Shown here: piece by piece, positions 19,530 through 28,574 of the stretch | How positions within the stretch are numbered: position 1 is the stretch's first letter | Layout: each line of letters starts with the position of its first letter | From: a virus | Taxonomy: Duplodnaviria; Caudoviricetes | Virus record (IMG/VR): IMGVR_UViG_3300025735_000007 | Location: 42,296-106,295 of that record | DNA: 64,000 bases | Reading direction: 5' to 3' (one strand) | Notes under the pieces: model-generated | Seen by the model: only the letters and a program-made list of their open reading frames with translations | Told to the model about the DNA's origin: nothing | The model's database searches: none | Program-made: the position numbers and the translations under genes

Positions 19530-20619
19530 CGATCTCAACGAGCTCCTCGAGCGCGTGGACATGGCTGCGTGGCTCGATCGCGAGGGTATCTCCTATCGGG
19601 AGACGCACGGGCGGTCGGGCCAGCAGCTTAACGTGCGCGAGTGCCCGACCTGCGGCAACCACGACTGGAAGGTGTATCTGAATGCCGAAACAGGCGTGGG
19701 CAACTGCTTCGGCGGCTCGCACCCGCACGAGGAGCGCATCTTCACGAAGTATCGGTTCATCCGTGCCCATCTCGGCTGCCCGCCGGGTGGCGCGGTGGTC
19801 GAACACATTCGACTGTTCGCGCATGAAATGGGCTGGCGGCCCGCACGACGAGTATCGGCCAAGGTCGAGAACGCGCCCGCTGCATGGTCGCTCCCGCAGC
19901 ACGTCACGCTGCCGCACAACGGACGGAACATTCCGTATCTGGAGAACCGCGGGATCACCGCGGAGCTCGCGCAGTATTTCCATCTGGGCTACTGCCCGAA
20001 GGGCTCCAGCTTTCGCTACCTGACCGAACAGGGCTATGCCTTTCAGGACTACAGCCGGCGCATCCTGATCCCGGTGTATGACCTCGACGGCAAGATCGCG
20101 ACGTTCCAGGGTCGCGATGTGGTGGGCACTACCGAGAAGAAATACCTGTTCCCGCCGGGCATCGACGGATCGGGCGTGCACCTCTTTAACGGGCTGAACG
20201 TCCGTGACACGAAGCGCATCATCGTCGGTGAGGGCGCTTTTGACGTTGCGGCCACGAAGATCGCGATCGACGCCGATCAGGACTTGCGCGACGTGGTGCC
20301 GGTAGGCACGTTCGGCAAGCACCTGAGCTCCGGCAGCGAGAACAGCCAGTTCGCTAAGTTCATGGCCCTCAAGGCGCGCGGCGTCGAGGAGATCACGATC
20401 ATGTGGGACGGCGAGATTCAGGCGACCGACGACGCGGTAGAGGCGGGCCTCATGCTGGCATCGAATGGCTTTCGCATGCGCATCGCGATGCTGCCGAAAG
20501 AGAAAGACCCGAACGAAGTGCCGGCCGAAGTCGTGCGCGCGTCGTTCTACCAGGCGACCGCGCTTAGCAAGCGCACGGCTGCCGAGATAAGGCTGAAACG
20601 TCGCAAAATGAACACATAA
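19519..20619 (+). CDS. DNA primase (Zn finger + Toprim)
   Basis: CPTC...NCF Zn-binding, YLENRGI, GEGAFD, WDGE, KDPNE. Confidence 0.9.
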   Translation: MATDDLNELLERVDMAAWLDREGISYRETHGRSGQQLNVRECPTCGNHDWKVYLNAETGVGNCFGGSHPHEERIFTKYRFIRAHLGCPPGGAVVEHIRLFAHEMGWRPARRVSAKVENAPAAWSLPQHVTLPHNGRNIPYLENRGITAELAQYFHLGYCPKGSSFRYLTEQGYAFQDYSRRILIPVYDLDGKIATFQGRDVVGTTEKKYLFPPGIDGSGVHLFNGLNVRDTKRIIVGEGAFDVAATKIAIDADQDLRDVVPVGTFGKHLSSGSENSQFAKFMALKARGVEEITIMWDGEIQATDDAVEAGLMLASNGFRMRIAMLPKEKDPNEVPAEVVRASFYQATALSKRTAAEIRLKRRKMNT

Positions 20620-20634
20620 GTAACGGGTTACTAT
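20617..20634. promoter_or_regulatory. Palindromic operator overlapping TATACT
   Basis: TAAGTAA-CGGG-TTACTAT. Confidence 0.75.
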
Positions 20635-20668
20635 ACTGTGAGGTAATAGCGAATTCAGGGAGGGCGAA

Positions 20669-21145
20669 ATGTCCGGGTTCAAGATCAAGCGCCGATTCGC
20701 CCATCACGAAGGCGGCGCGAAGGCTTATCAGATCCACGAGATCACCAATGGTGCGACAAGCGTCGTTGTTTTCCAGTTCGGCAAGTTCAGAACGGGCGAT
20801 GACCCGGTGAGCATGGGCGGCACGATCGACATTCACGGCGCCTTCGGGGTGGCGGGCGCGATGCGCGAAGCCGACAACAAGGAAAGCGTAAAGACGCGCA
20901 GGGGCTACAAGGAATGGGAAGTCGATACGGCCGTTTTCGCGACCAAAGCAGAGCTCCGAGAAGTGCTGGTGAAGATGTTTGGCGCGCACAAAGCGGACAC
21001 GATCCTTCAGTCCCTTGAAGCCGGGGCGGTGCCCGCTGTATCCGAAGAACCGCCAACACCCGGTGTCGAAAATAGCGTCAAGGGCAAAGAGAAAGCGCCC
21101 GCACCCAAAACTGAAGAATCCTTGCCCGAATGGGGCACCTGGTAG
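20669..21145 (+). CDS. WGR-like domain protein
   Basis: K.YQI...VVFQFGK...KTRRGY resembles the WGR pattern. Confidence 0.45.
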   Translation: MSGFKIKRRFAHHEGGAKAYQIHEITNGATSVVVFQFGKFRTGDDPVSMGGTIDIHGAFGVAGAMREADNKESVKTRRGYKEWEVDTAVFATKAELREVLVKMFGAHKADTILQSLEAGAVPAVSEEPPTPGVENSVKGKEKAPAPKTEESLPEWGTW

Positions 21146-21154
21146 GAGAGAGTG

Positions 21155-21826
21155 ATGACCACCGAAGCCACGAAACCGATCCTGCCGCCGAGCGCCTCCG
21201 CCGACGGCAAGCGCAACGCGTATTACACGCAGTGCAAGGCGATCGAGTCGACCAAGCCGTATGCGATGTGCCAATACATCATCGACCACCAGAACGACGG
21301 CTCGATGGCGACCATCTATAGCGACTGCCTCAACGCGATCCGCCGGGGCAACTGCGCCGCGGTCGGCATGCGCGAGGAAGAGCTGCTCAAGGGCCAGGCG
21401 ATCTACTTCGTCGAGCGCGTGAAGGGTGCCGCGGTCGTCGCGCAGCAGGACGCGTGGGTGCCGCCAGTTCGCAAGGCGTCGCGCTCGGGCTACGTGCGTG
21501 ACAAGTATGCCGCCGGCCGGCCGATCGAAGACGCGCCGCGTATCGCGATCCCCCGCCCAGCAGCGCCCGCACCGGCGAAGCCCGCCTACGAGTTCGACGG
21601 GAACATCTACGCGGCGGCACTGAACGTCGCCATGAAGAAAGACGCTAGCGCAACTAACCGCCAGCCCGATCCGAGCCCGGCCGCTGCTGTCGCAGCGCCG
21701 ACACCAACCCCAGTCAGCAAGCCGGTGGCCGCTTCCGCACCGGCTCCGACAGTCACGATCCGCGCAGGGGAGTCGCCGCTCGAGCTGGCACGCCGCCTTC
21801 GCGCCCAGCAGAACCAACTTTCGTAA
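21155..21826 (+). CDS. Hypothetical Cys-containing protein with Pro/Ala-rich tail
   Basis: RBS and ORF; four spaced Cys. Confidence 0.65.
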   Translation: MTTEATKPILPPSASADGKRNAYYTQCKAIESTKPYAMCQYIIDHQNDGSMATIYSDCLNAIRRGNCAAVGMREEELLKGQAIYFVERVKGAAVVAQQDAWVPPVRKASRSGYVRDKYAAGRPIEDAPRIAIPRPAAPAPAKPAYEFDGNIYAAALNVAMKKDASATNRQPDPSPAAAVAAPTPTPVSKPVAASAPAPTVTIRAGESPLELARRLRAQQNQLS

Positions 21827-21834
21827 AACGAGGA

Positions 21835-21852
21835 TAAGTAAGCTATGACTCA
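21835..21852. promoter_or_regulatory. Palindromic operator at ligase start
   Basis: TAAGTAA-GCTA-TGACTCA. Confidence 0.7.
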
Positions 21853-23236
21853 CATGACATCCTGTCAGGCGCTCAACGCGATCGAGCGTATCGCGGCGAC
21901 GTCGAGCAAGAACGACAAGCAGGCGATGGTGAAGCAGTTTCTCGCCTTCGGCACCTTCAAGCGCGTGCTGGTCGCGGCGCTCGATCCGCTCGTCACCTAC
22001 GGCATGCAGAAGGTGCCGGATCGCATCGAAGGCGCGGCGCCCGGCGCCAATACGTTCGAGAACGCGCCGATCTGGGAGACGCTCGACAAGCTCGCGAAGC
22101 GCCAGCTCACCGGCAACGAGGCATTGAGCGAAGTCCAGCGCCTCATGACCTTCCTCACGCCGCAGTCGGCCGAGCTCTTCAAGCGGATCATCCGCAAGGA
22201 TCTGCGCGCGGGCTTCTCAGAGTCGACCGTCAACAAGGCGTGGAAGGGGCTGATCCGCGAGTTCCCGTATATGCGCTGCGCGCTGCTGAAGGACGCGAAG
22301 CTCGATACGTGGACGTGGGCCGAAGGCGTGATCTCGCAGGAAAAGGCCGACGGCATGTTCATGAACCTCGACACCGAAGCGGGCGGCATCGTGCGCCTGA
22401 CAAGTCGCGCTGGCTCGCCGTTCCCCATCGAAGCGTTCGAGGAGGTCGCGAAAGACGCGCGCAACACGTATGCGCCGGACACGCAGACGCATGGCGAAAT
22501 GGTCGTATTCGTTGACGGCCAGATCGCCGCGCGCGAGATCGGTAACGGCATTCTGAATCGCGTTGCCGCGGGCGGCGCATTCGAGGCCAATGAGCGCCCT
22601 GTGTTCTATGCATGGGACCAGATCCCGCTAGAGGCAGTCGTGCCGAAGGGTAAATACGAGGTTGGTTATCGGGATCGTCTCAAGGCGCTGCTCACGCAGC
22701 AGGTCAAGAACGCGGGCGTCGATACGGCCATTCGCGTTATCCCGACGCGCATCGTGAAGTCATTTGAAGAGGCGATGGCGCACTACCGCGAGTTGCTCGC
22801 GAAGGGCAAGGAAGGCACGATCATCAAAAACGGCAACGCGATCTGGAAGGATGGCACGAGCAAGGAACAGATCAAGCTGAAGCTCGAAGTGGACGTCGAT
22901 CTGAAGATCACAGGCATCGCACCGGGGCGCGCGGGCACCAAGAACGAGGGCCGCGCCGGCGCCTTCAACTGCTTGAGCGCCTGCGGCAAGCTGCGTGTCG
23001 ATGTGACGGTCAAGAACGAGGATTTGCGCGACGCAGTTGACGCGAACGGCGATGACTTCATCGGTCGCATCATCGCGGTGCGGGCGAACAGCGTCATGAA
23101 GCCGAGCGAGAGCAGCGAGTTCTATTCGCTGTTCCTGCCGCGCATGGTCGAGGCGAGCTATCGCGCCGACAAGACCGAAGCCGACAGCCTCGAATCGATC
23201 ATCGCGCAGTTCGACGCGGCAGTGAAGGGGGCGTAA
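21845..23236 (+). CDS. ATP-dependent DNA ligase
   Basis: EKADG adenylation motif, HGEM, EGTIIK, SLFLPR. Confidence 0.93.
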   Translation: MTHMTSCQALNAIERIAATSSKNDKQAMVKQFLAFGTFKRVLVAALDPLVTYGMQKVPDRIEGAAPGANTFENAPIWETLDKLAKRQLTGNEALSEVQRLMTFLTPQSAELFKRIIRKDLRAGFSESTVNKAWKGLIREFPYMRCALLKDAKLDTWTWAEGVISQEKADGMFMNLDTEAGGIVRLTSRAGSPFPIEAFEEVAKDARNTYAPDTQTHGEMVVFVDGQIAAREIGNGILNRVAAGGAFEANERPVFYAWDQIPLEAVVPKGKYEVGYRDRLKALLTQQVKNAGVDTAIRVIPTRIVKSFEEAMAHYRELLAKGKEGTIIKNGNAIWKDGTSKEQIKLKLEVDVDLKITGIAPGRAGTKNEGRAGAFNCLSACGKLRVDVTVKNEDLRDAVDANGDDFIGRIIAVRANSVMKPSESSEFYSLFLPRMVEASYRADKTEADSLESIIAQFDAAVKGA

Positions 23237-23487
23237 TGGAACAACTGACACTCCCCGCAATTCTCGCGGCATCGCCAGCGCCCTGGCGCTCGCAGGTGAA
23301 CTTCGATGGCATCGGCGGCTGCCGCATGCTCGACGCGAACGGCATCGAGGTGCCGCTCCTGTCGATGATCGCCTTCAGCGGCATCATGTCCGCGACGATC
23401 GCCGTGAAACAGGCAGAGGCCGCACAGGCAGCGCAAACGGCCAAAGCCGCGCAATATGCGAAGCAGCAGGAGGCGACCACATCATGA
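23236..23487 (+). CDS. Hypothetical protein
   Basis: TAATG coupling to ligase. Confidence 0.55.
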   Translation: MEQLTLPAILAASPAPWRSQVNFDGIGGCRMLDANGIEVPLLSMIAFSGIMSATIAVKQAEAAQAAQTAKAAQYAKQQEATTS

Positions 23488-23828
23488 AGCTCCGACTGTT
23501 CGAGCGCGCGCTCGTCGCGCTCGGCCTGGTGCAGCCGGTCGTCAAGGGCATCGCGGACGCGATCCGCGATAACCCCGAGACGTTCCGCATGCACAGCGGC
23601 AGCCGCACCTTCTCGTTCGTTGCACACCGCAGCCGCGTCTTTTCGGTGCTGCGCTTTGACAACGACGACAAGGCCGTGCCGGTGTTTCGCGTCATCAACA
23701 AGCTCGGCAACGAGATCATCACGCTGACGTGGTGGGATCGACTGGTGCTTGCGCTTGCGTGGCCCGATCACCTCCTGCCCGAGTATTACTTCAACCCGGG
23801 CATGCTCGCGTATTACGCGCACGACTGA
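23484..23828 (+). CDS. Hypothetical protein
   Basis: GGAGG RBS, ATGA overlap. Confidence 0.55.
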   Translation: MKLRLFERALVALGLVQPVVKGIADAIRDNPETFRMHSGSRTFSFVAHRSRVFSVLRFDNDDKAVPVFRVINKLGNEIITLTWWDRLVLALAWPDHLLPEYYFNPGMLAYYAHD

Positions 23829-23849
23829 CACAGCAGCGCCTCATCCACG

Positions 23850-23873
23850 AACCCGGCCAAGGGCCGGGTTTTT
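23850..23873 (+). terminator. Rho-independent terminator
   Basis: AACCCGGCC-aag-GGCCGGGTT then TTT. Confidence 0.8.
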
Positions 23874-23942
23874 GCATTGAGGAACGACTCGACACGGGGT
23901 AAACAGGGCCAGTATCATGTGCGGAATATTGGAGAAGGGCAC

Positions 23943-24344
23943 ATGGCCTATAAGACATTCACGCTCGGGGACTTGCGCGCGCTGCTCGCGCCGCTCCCAA
24001 ATACCCGCAAGCAAGCGGTGCTCTACACTCTCGACACGCACGGCACGCTCGACCACACGATGATCCTCGGGTGGAAAGAAGCGCTGCGCATGCCCGCGAG
24101 CGACTTCGCCAAGGACATCATCCGGGCACAGCCGCGGCACCTGCGGCTCGATTACGTGTTCTGGGAGTATCACGAAAATGGGCAAGCAGCTCCGTTGTTC
24201 GGGCTCGAAGATAGCGTTAGCGAGGTTACTTTGGGTCGCAGCTTCGCTGACTTGCAGGCGCTCTACGATCGCATGATCTGGATCGACACGCAGGTCGAAG
24301 CGCTGAACTTCGTGCGCGACCTGAACATGGTGCTGGAGAGCTGA
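23943..24344 (+). CDS. Hypothetical protein (faint similarity to a tyrosine recombinase core, no catalytic residues)
   Basis: RBS and ORF; LRALLAPL..R..VLYTLDT...ILGW. Confidence 0.5.
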   Translation: MAYKTFTLGDLRALLAPLPNTRKQAVLYTLDTHGTLDHTMILGWKEALRMPASDFAKDIIRAQPRHLRLDYVFWEYHENGQAAPLFGLEDSVSEVTLGRSFADLQALYDRMIWIDTQVEALNFVRDLNMVLES

Positions 24345-24826
24345 TGGATTGGTCCATTGAAGGATGGTGGGTCTTGGTCAATGTGGTGGTAGCCGCATTG
24401 GGGCCGTGGATCGCCAACATCGTGCTCTGGGGATTGGAGCTCATCGGCGACCCAACAGCGGAGTGGCGGCAGGGGGACGCTTATAGGGATGGACAGATGG
24501 GTTTCGTGGCGGTTGGATGGAGTGCAGCCGCGCTTTATGATATTGCGACGCACCCAAAGCTCTGGCCGAATCCAAACCCGGGTTTGACACAGATGGGCCT
24601 GATCATTGCGATTGTCGGCGGGGCGCTCTTTGCCGCTGCCGGCGCCCGCAAGCCTGTGGTAGGGCGATTGCCAGCCGCTATTGCCGGGCAGTCTCTATGG
24701 GCAAGAGTAAAGCGGCGGTTTTTCTTCTATCAGGCGTTCTCACTGACCCTTTTCTTTAGTCTGCTATCATTGTTCCTGATGCTCGCCGTGCATTTCAACG
24801 TCGCACTGAGCGAAGCAAAACCGTGA
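24344..24826 (+). CDS. Multi-pass membrane protein (moron)
   Basis: About four hydrophobic segments; atypical codon usage. Confidence 0.6.
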   Translation: MDWSIEGWWVLVNVVVAALGPWIANIVLWGLELIGDPTAEWRQGDAYRDGQMGFVAVGWSAAALYDIATHPKLWPNPNPGLTQMGLIIAIVGGALFAAAGARKPVVGRLPAAIAGQSLWARVKRRFFFYQAFSLTLFFSLLSLFLMLAVHFNVALSEAKP

Positions 24827-24833
24827 GGTGAAT

Positions 24834-25013
24834 ATGGATCATCAAGGCCAGCATTATCAGCATCAGGTCGAATTCTGGGTGTTCCTATTCGGCTGGGTGC
24901 TCGCGGGCGTCGGCTTCATTGCGATGGCGTTTAGCCTTGCGCCGCAGATCGGGCCTCTGGTCAGAGCGGTGGCAACCGCCGTTGCTCGATACTGGTCGAG
25001 CGTCATATCGTGA
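24834..25013 (+). CDS. Small membrane protein
   Basis: GAGG RBS, one TM segment. Confidence 0.45.
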   Translation: MDHQGQHYQHQVEFWVFLFGWVLAGVGFIAMAFSLAPQIGPLVRAVATAVARYWSSVIS

Positions 25014-25035
25014 GTCCGGTCAGCTAGTAACTGAC

Positions 25036-25266
25036 TTATCCGTTCCCGTAGTTTTCATCGATCCAGCGCTTCACCGAAGCCGTCGACCGAGTCTCCGCCT
25101 GTTCGCGTGTCTCGAAGTCGCCGAGGTTACTGAATACGAAGTGCTTCCCGAGGTAGTCTTCCTCGGTCGCATGGCACTCGATGACCGCGCAAGCACGATA
25201 CAGTTTGCCGAACATTATCGGTGCGGCGTCAATCGACCACTCGCAATACTCGCTGTTCCGGCTCAT
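25036..25266 (-). CDS. Small hypothetical protein
   Basis: F..LGDFET.EQA......RWID pattern; RBS on minus strand. Confidence 0.6.
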   Translation of the reverse strand: MSRNSEYCEWSIDAAPIMFGKLYRACAVIECHATEEDYLGKHFVFSNLGDFETREQAETRSTASVKRWIDENYGNG

Positions 25267-25275
25267 CACGGCGCC

Positions 25276-25482
25276 TCACTTCGATTTTGCTGCCTGCGGA
25301 TCGATGCCATGCGCTCGCAGAGTCGCACGAAGTTTCCGGTTGTCGACGTAAAGGCAAACCACCGCCACGATCGTGACAACAGGGAAAAACCACTGCCCCG
25401 AAAAATGCAGGATCACCCAGGCTCCAGCCGCGCATGCGGCGGCGGCCAGTAGCAGTGCAACTTTGTCCATGGTCGGGCTCAT
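25276..25482 (-). CDS. Small two-TM membrane protein
   Basis: Two hydrophobic helices, basic tail; ATGA overlap with upstream gene. Confidence 0.6.
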   Translation of the reverse strand: MSPTMDKVALLLAAAACAAGAWVILHFSGQWFFPVVTIVAVVCLYVDNRKLRATLRAHGIDPQAAKSK

Positions 25483-25931
25483 GAGAAACGACGCCCCGCA
25501 ACGAATGCATAGTTCGAACGGGAGGCCGTGTTCATCATGACCTCCGGATGGCGACTCAGGTAAGCATACATCGCAGCCGGGATGACAACACCGGTGCGTG
25601 ATGCCCACTGGCGAACTGATGAAGTGGCCGCGACCTTGTTTGTGCACACCATCGCCACGTCTGCCGCAACGATCAGGCTACCGATAACGGCACCGATATA
25701 CGCAGAGGCGCTCAGCGCGCCCACAATACCCAGCAATTCCAGGCCGGTCGTGGCGCCAATCATTTCAGCCACAGTAGCCGCCGGGCCAACGGCCTTAAAA
25801 GCATTGAGCATCGCGGCAAGGTTAGCCGTGGCGGTCTGCAAAGTCGAGAACAGGCTGTTCGGCGCCGGCAAACCGAGCGCTGCCATATTTTGCTGAAACG
25901 CTCTCGCGAAATCACCACAAACCACGGCCAT
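25479..25931 (-). CDS. Gly/Ala-rich hydrophobic protein (glycine-zipper-like)
   Basis: GALSASAYIGAVIGSLIVAA small-residue helix; RBS. Confidence 0.6.
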   Translation of the reverse strand: MAVVCGDFARAFQQNMAALGLPAPNSLFSTLQTATANLAAMLNAFKAVGPAATVAEMIGATTGLELLGIVGALSASAYIGAVIGSLIVAADVAMVCTNKVAATSSVRQWASRTGVVIPAAMYAYLSRHPEVMMNTASRSNYAFVAGRRFS

Positions 25932-26016
25932 AGTAAGCCTCACTAGAATCGAATTGTCTAATGATAGCAAAGGACAAACGAAGCCAAGGCATATCATGAA
26001 GAGAGGCTATGATGCT

Positions 26017-26051
26017 TTCTCCACAAGCTTATGCACAGAAATTGTGGATAA
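26017..26051. promoter_or_regulatory. Cluster of three DnaA boxes
   Basis: TTCTCCACA 26017-25, TTATGCACA 26029-37, TGTGGATAA (perfect, inverted) 26043-51. Confidence 0.7.
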
Positions 26052-26082
26052 CGTCCTCGACGCGGGGCGCGCACGGGTGCGG

Positions 26083-26790
26083 TCAATTGAATGGGCCAGC
26101 GCCGCCAAAATCCAAACCGTCTAGCGGGTCGATTAGGTGTGCGCCGTCAGTGTCGGAGCGATTGACCATTTGAGATACCGGGAACCATTCAAACGCGTCC
26201 GGCGGCACGCATGCGTTAAGTGCGAGCATGCGCGCCATCTCTGGTGTCGACTGAGCATCGAGCCATGTGCGCGCATCAGCCGCCGTGAAGACAACTGGCC
26301 GACGATCGTGGATCACCGCCAGCTCGCCTTCAGCTGCGGTCGTCACGACCACAAAGCCGTCACCGTCGCGCGGCTCGGCACCGGGCTTGGTGCTGCACAA
26401 GCCCGCCATGTAGATCGGCTCACGGCTTTTCAGGCGAATGAAATACGGATGCTTCTTTCGGTCCTTCCCGACGATCCACTCGAACCAGCCATCGGCGGGG
26501 ACGACGACACGACCACTCTTCCATAGCCACTTCCAGGCCGATCCATCTGCCTTTTCGACGGTGGCATTGATCATCGGCTTCAGACCCTTGTCGGCGGCCC
26601 ACTTCGGGCGGTATCCCCAATGCGCGCGGGCCGTAGTTCCGTTAGGGAAGATGATCAGTTGCCCTTTGCCCGGCGCTACGTTCCAGCTCGGGTGATGCGA
26701 CGGAGGTTCGGGTTCCGCTCTACCGGTATCGGTCATCAGCGGAACGACGTAATCGAGTCCTGCACGAGCCAGAACGTATCGTCCGCACAT
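26083..26790 (-). CDS. SOS response-associated peptidase (SRAP/YedK, abasic-site protection)
   Basis: MCGRY N-terminus, WNVAP, PADGWFEW, IHDRRPV. Confidence 0.93.
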   Translation of the reverse strand: MCGRYVLARAGLDYVVPLMTDTGRAEPEPPSHHPSWNVAPGKGQLIIFPNGTTARAHWGYRPKWAADKGLKPMINATVEKADGSAWKWLWKSGRVVVPADGWFEWIVGKDRKKHPYFIRLKSREPIYMAGLCSTKPGAEPRDGDGFVVVTTAAEGELAVIHDRRPVVFTAADARTWLDAQSTPEMARMLALNACVPPDAFEWFPVSQMVNRSDTDGAHLIDPLDGLDFGGAGPFN

Positions 26791-26868
26791 GCGCTTCTCC
26801 TGACGTGCTGAAACAGGCGTGGCTAGGGTGTTATTTCTGGCACGCCTGCCTGCGTCAGATCCATGCCT

Positions 26869-27227
26869 GGTAACACCAAACCGCGGCTTCGGGTAACAAA
26901 ATTGGTGACAGCCGAGAAATGCTAGGGGGCTGGCCGCGCTTGTCGGGCACTTGCGCCGTCACGGAATAGGAATGATAGACTGCTTCGACAAGAGGTCCGA
27001 GAGGACCTCCTTGTCGAAACGCCATGGAATCGGCGGTGCCTCGACAGCCGCGCGAACATGCGCGATGAACGCCTTGCGCGCTATCTCGCGACCGCCGAGC
27101 GACGCCAGATGCGACGTGTTCTGCTGGCAGTCTATCAACGCTAGCGTAAAAAAATCCTTATAAATCAATCGCTTGGTTTGACTGTTTTGGCAAAAAAGTC
27201 GCCCAAGCGGTAACAAAAACGGTAACA
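26869..27227. other. Putative attP: arm repeats + IHF site + host-homologous core
   Basis: GGT(A/G)ACA at 26869, 26892, 26904, 27209, 27221; IHF consensus AATCAATCGCTTG 27163-27175; adjacent integrase. Confidence 0.75.
26959..27138 (-). pseudogene. aat: 3' fragment of leucyl/phenylalanyl-tRNA-protein transferase gene carried in attP
   Basis: Translates to [24 protein letters not shown]...PPIPWRFDK, the conserved Aat C-terminus; no 5' part present. Confidence 0.8.
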
Positions 27228-27250
27228 CGAAAATCAGCACGGGATCAATT

Positions 27251-28516
27251 GTGTCAAAGCTCAACAACCGCATCATCGAACGAGCCAAACCAAGCCCACG
27301 TGACAAGTATATTGCGGACGGCGATGGTTTGTTTCTTCGCATAACGCCGAACGGAACAAAAACTTTCTGCTTTCGCTACACATGGGGCAAGAAGCGGCGG
27401 CTTCTGTCGCTCGGGCCATTTCCGATTCTTTCGATTGCAGAAGCACGGGAGAGGGCGAACGAAGCTCGGCGGCAAATTTTCCTCGGGGTTGACCCTATCG
27501 AGCACGCTCAGGCCAAACCGGCCCAGCCGGACTGCCCGACTGTCAGAACTCTGATCGCTAACTGGGCCGATCGGTATGCCAAGACCAACTACAAGCGTCT
27601 CGACACGCAACTCCGGATGATTGAGAAAGACATCCTGCCAGTTATCGGCTCGGTGCCGGTCAAGGACATTACAAAAAAGCATGTCTCCCAAGTCATCAAC
27701 AGGGTGGTGGACCGCGGCGCGAAGGTGAAAGCGAACAGAGTGCTTTCTCTCATGAAGACAATCTTCGGTTATGCGGTCGAGCACGGAGAGATCGACGAAT
27801 CGCCCGTCACGATGACGAGGAAAGGGGCGGGTGGGAGGGAAAGGCCGAAGAACCGCGTGCTCGGCGCAGATGAGATCAAGGTCTTCTGGACGGCGATCGA
27901 GACCCATTCAGGGTTTATGAGCTGGCGCACAAAACGCATCCTGCACCTAATCCTCTTAACCGCTCAGCGTCCGGGTGAGGTTGCAGGAATGATGTGGGAC
28001 CATGTGGACCTCAAAAAAGGGATCTGGCAGCTACCGGCAGAACTGGTCAAATCCGAGCGTAACCATGTCGTTCATTTGTCAGAGCAAGCTGTCAAGATTC
28101 TTGAGTTCGCGCGAGGGCGATCGGCCGGGGGCCGTTATGTTTTTCCTAGCGCAAGGGAGAAGGGGAAACCAACAGGGACGCAGACGCTGTCCTTGGCGCT
28201 GCTCCGGATGTTTAAAAATGGGGAGTTCAATGCCATGAAGCCCTTCACACCTCACGACCTGCGACGGACGGCGGCTACGCGAATGGCTGACATATCGGTG
28301 CACGCCCACATTGTGGAGAAAATCCTGAATCACAAAATGAAAGGCGTTATGGCCGTCTACAACTATGCGGAGTATCTGGACGAGCGCCAGCAGGCCCTTA
28401 TCGCCTGGGGTAACTGCGTTGCTCGCTACGCTGATGTCTGGTCGACGGAGGCCGCAAACGGCAACGGCCCATGTGTTCCTGAAGATGTGTCGGCCGAGTC
28501 AAGCGGTGGACGGTAG
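27251..28516 (+). CDS. int: Tyrosine integrase (P4/IntA-like, N-terminal arm-binding domain)
   Basis: DGDGLFLRI arm domain; TAQRPGE, HDLRR, LNH, AVY catalytic R-H-R-H-Y intact. Confidence 0.95.
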   Translation: MSKLNNRIIERAKPSPRDKYIADGDGLFLRITPNGTKTFCFRYTWGKKRRLLSLGPFPILSIAEARERANEARRQIFLGVDPIEHAQAKPAQPDCPTVRTLIANWADRYAKTNYKRLDTQLRMIEKDILPVIGSVPVKDITKKHVSQVINRVVDRGAKVKANRVLSLMKTIFGYAVEHGEIDESPVTMTRKGAGGRERPKNRVLGADEIKVFWTAIETHSGFMSWRTKRILHLILLTAQRPGEVAGMMWDHVDLKKGIWQLPAELVKSERNHVVHLSEQAVKILEFARGRSAGGRYVFPSAREKGKPTGTQTLSLALLRMFKNGEFNAMKPFTPHDLRRTAATRMADISVHAHIVEKILNHKMKGVMAVYNYAEYLDERQQALIAWGNCVARYADVWSTEAANGNGPCVPEDVSAESSGGR

Positions 28517-28523
28517 ACAAAGA

Positions 28524-28549
28524 AAAGCCCTGTTCAGCGACAGGGCTTT
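28524..28549. terminator. Bidirectional terminator between int and repressor
   Basis: AAAGCCCTGT-tcagcg-ACAGGGCTTT between convergent genes. Confidence 0.8.
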
Positions 28550-28574
28550 AAAGGGGAGGTGCTTTTCTGCAACA

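Noticed and set aside
26959-27342. 127-aa minus-strand ORF as a real gene
   Set aside because: Its N-terminal half is antisense to int and the arm sites; only the last ~59 codons are meaningful (aat fragment)
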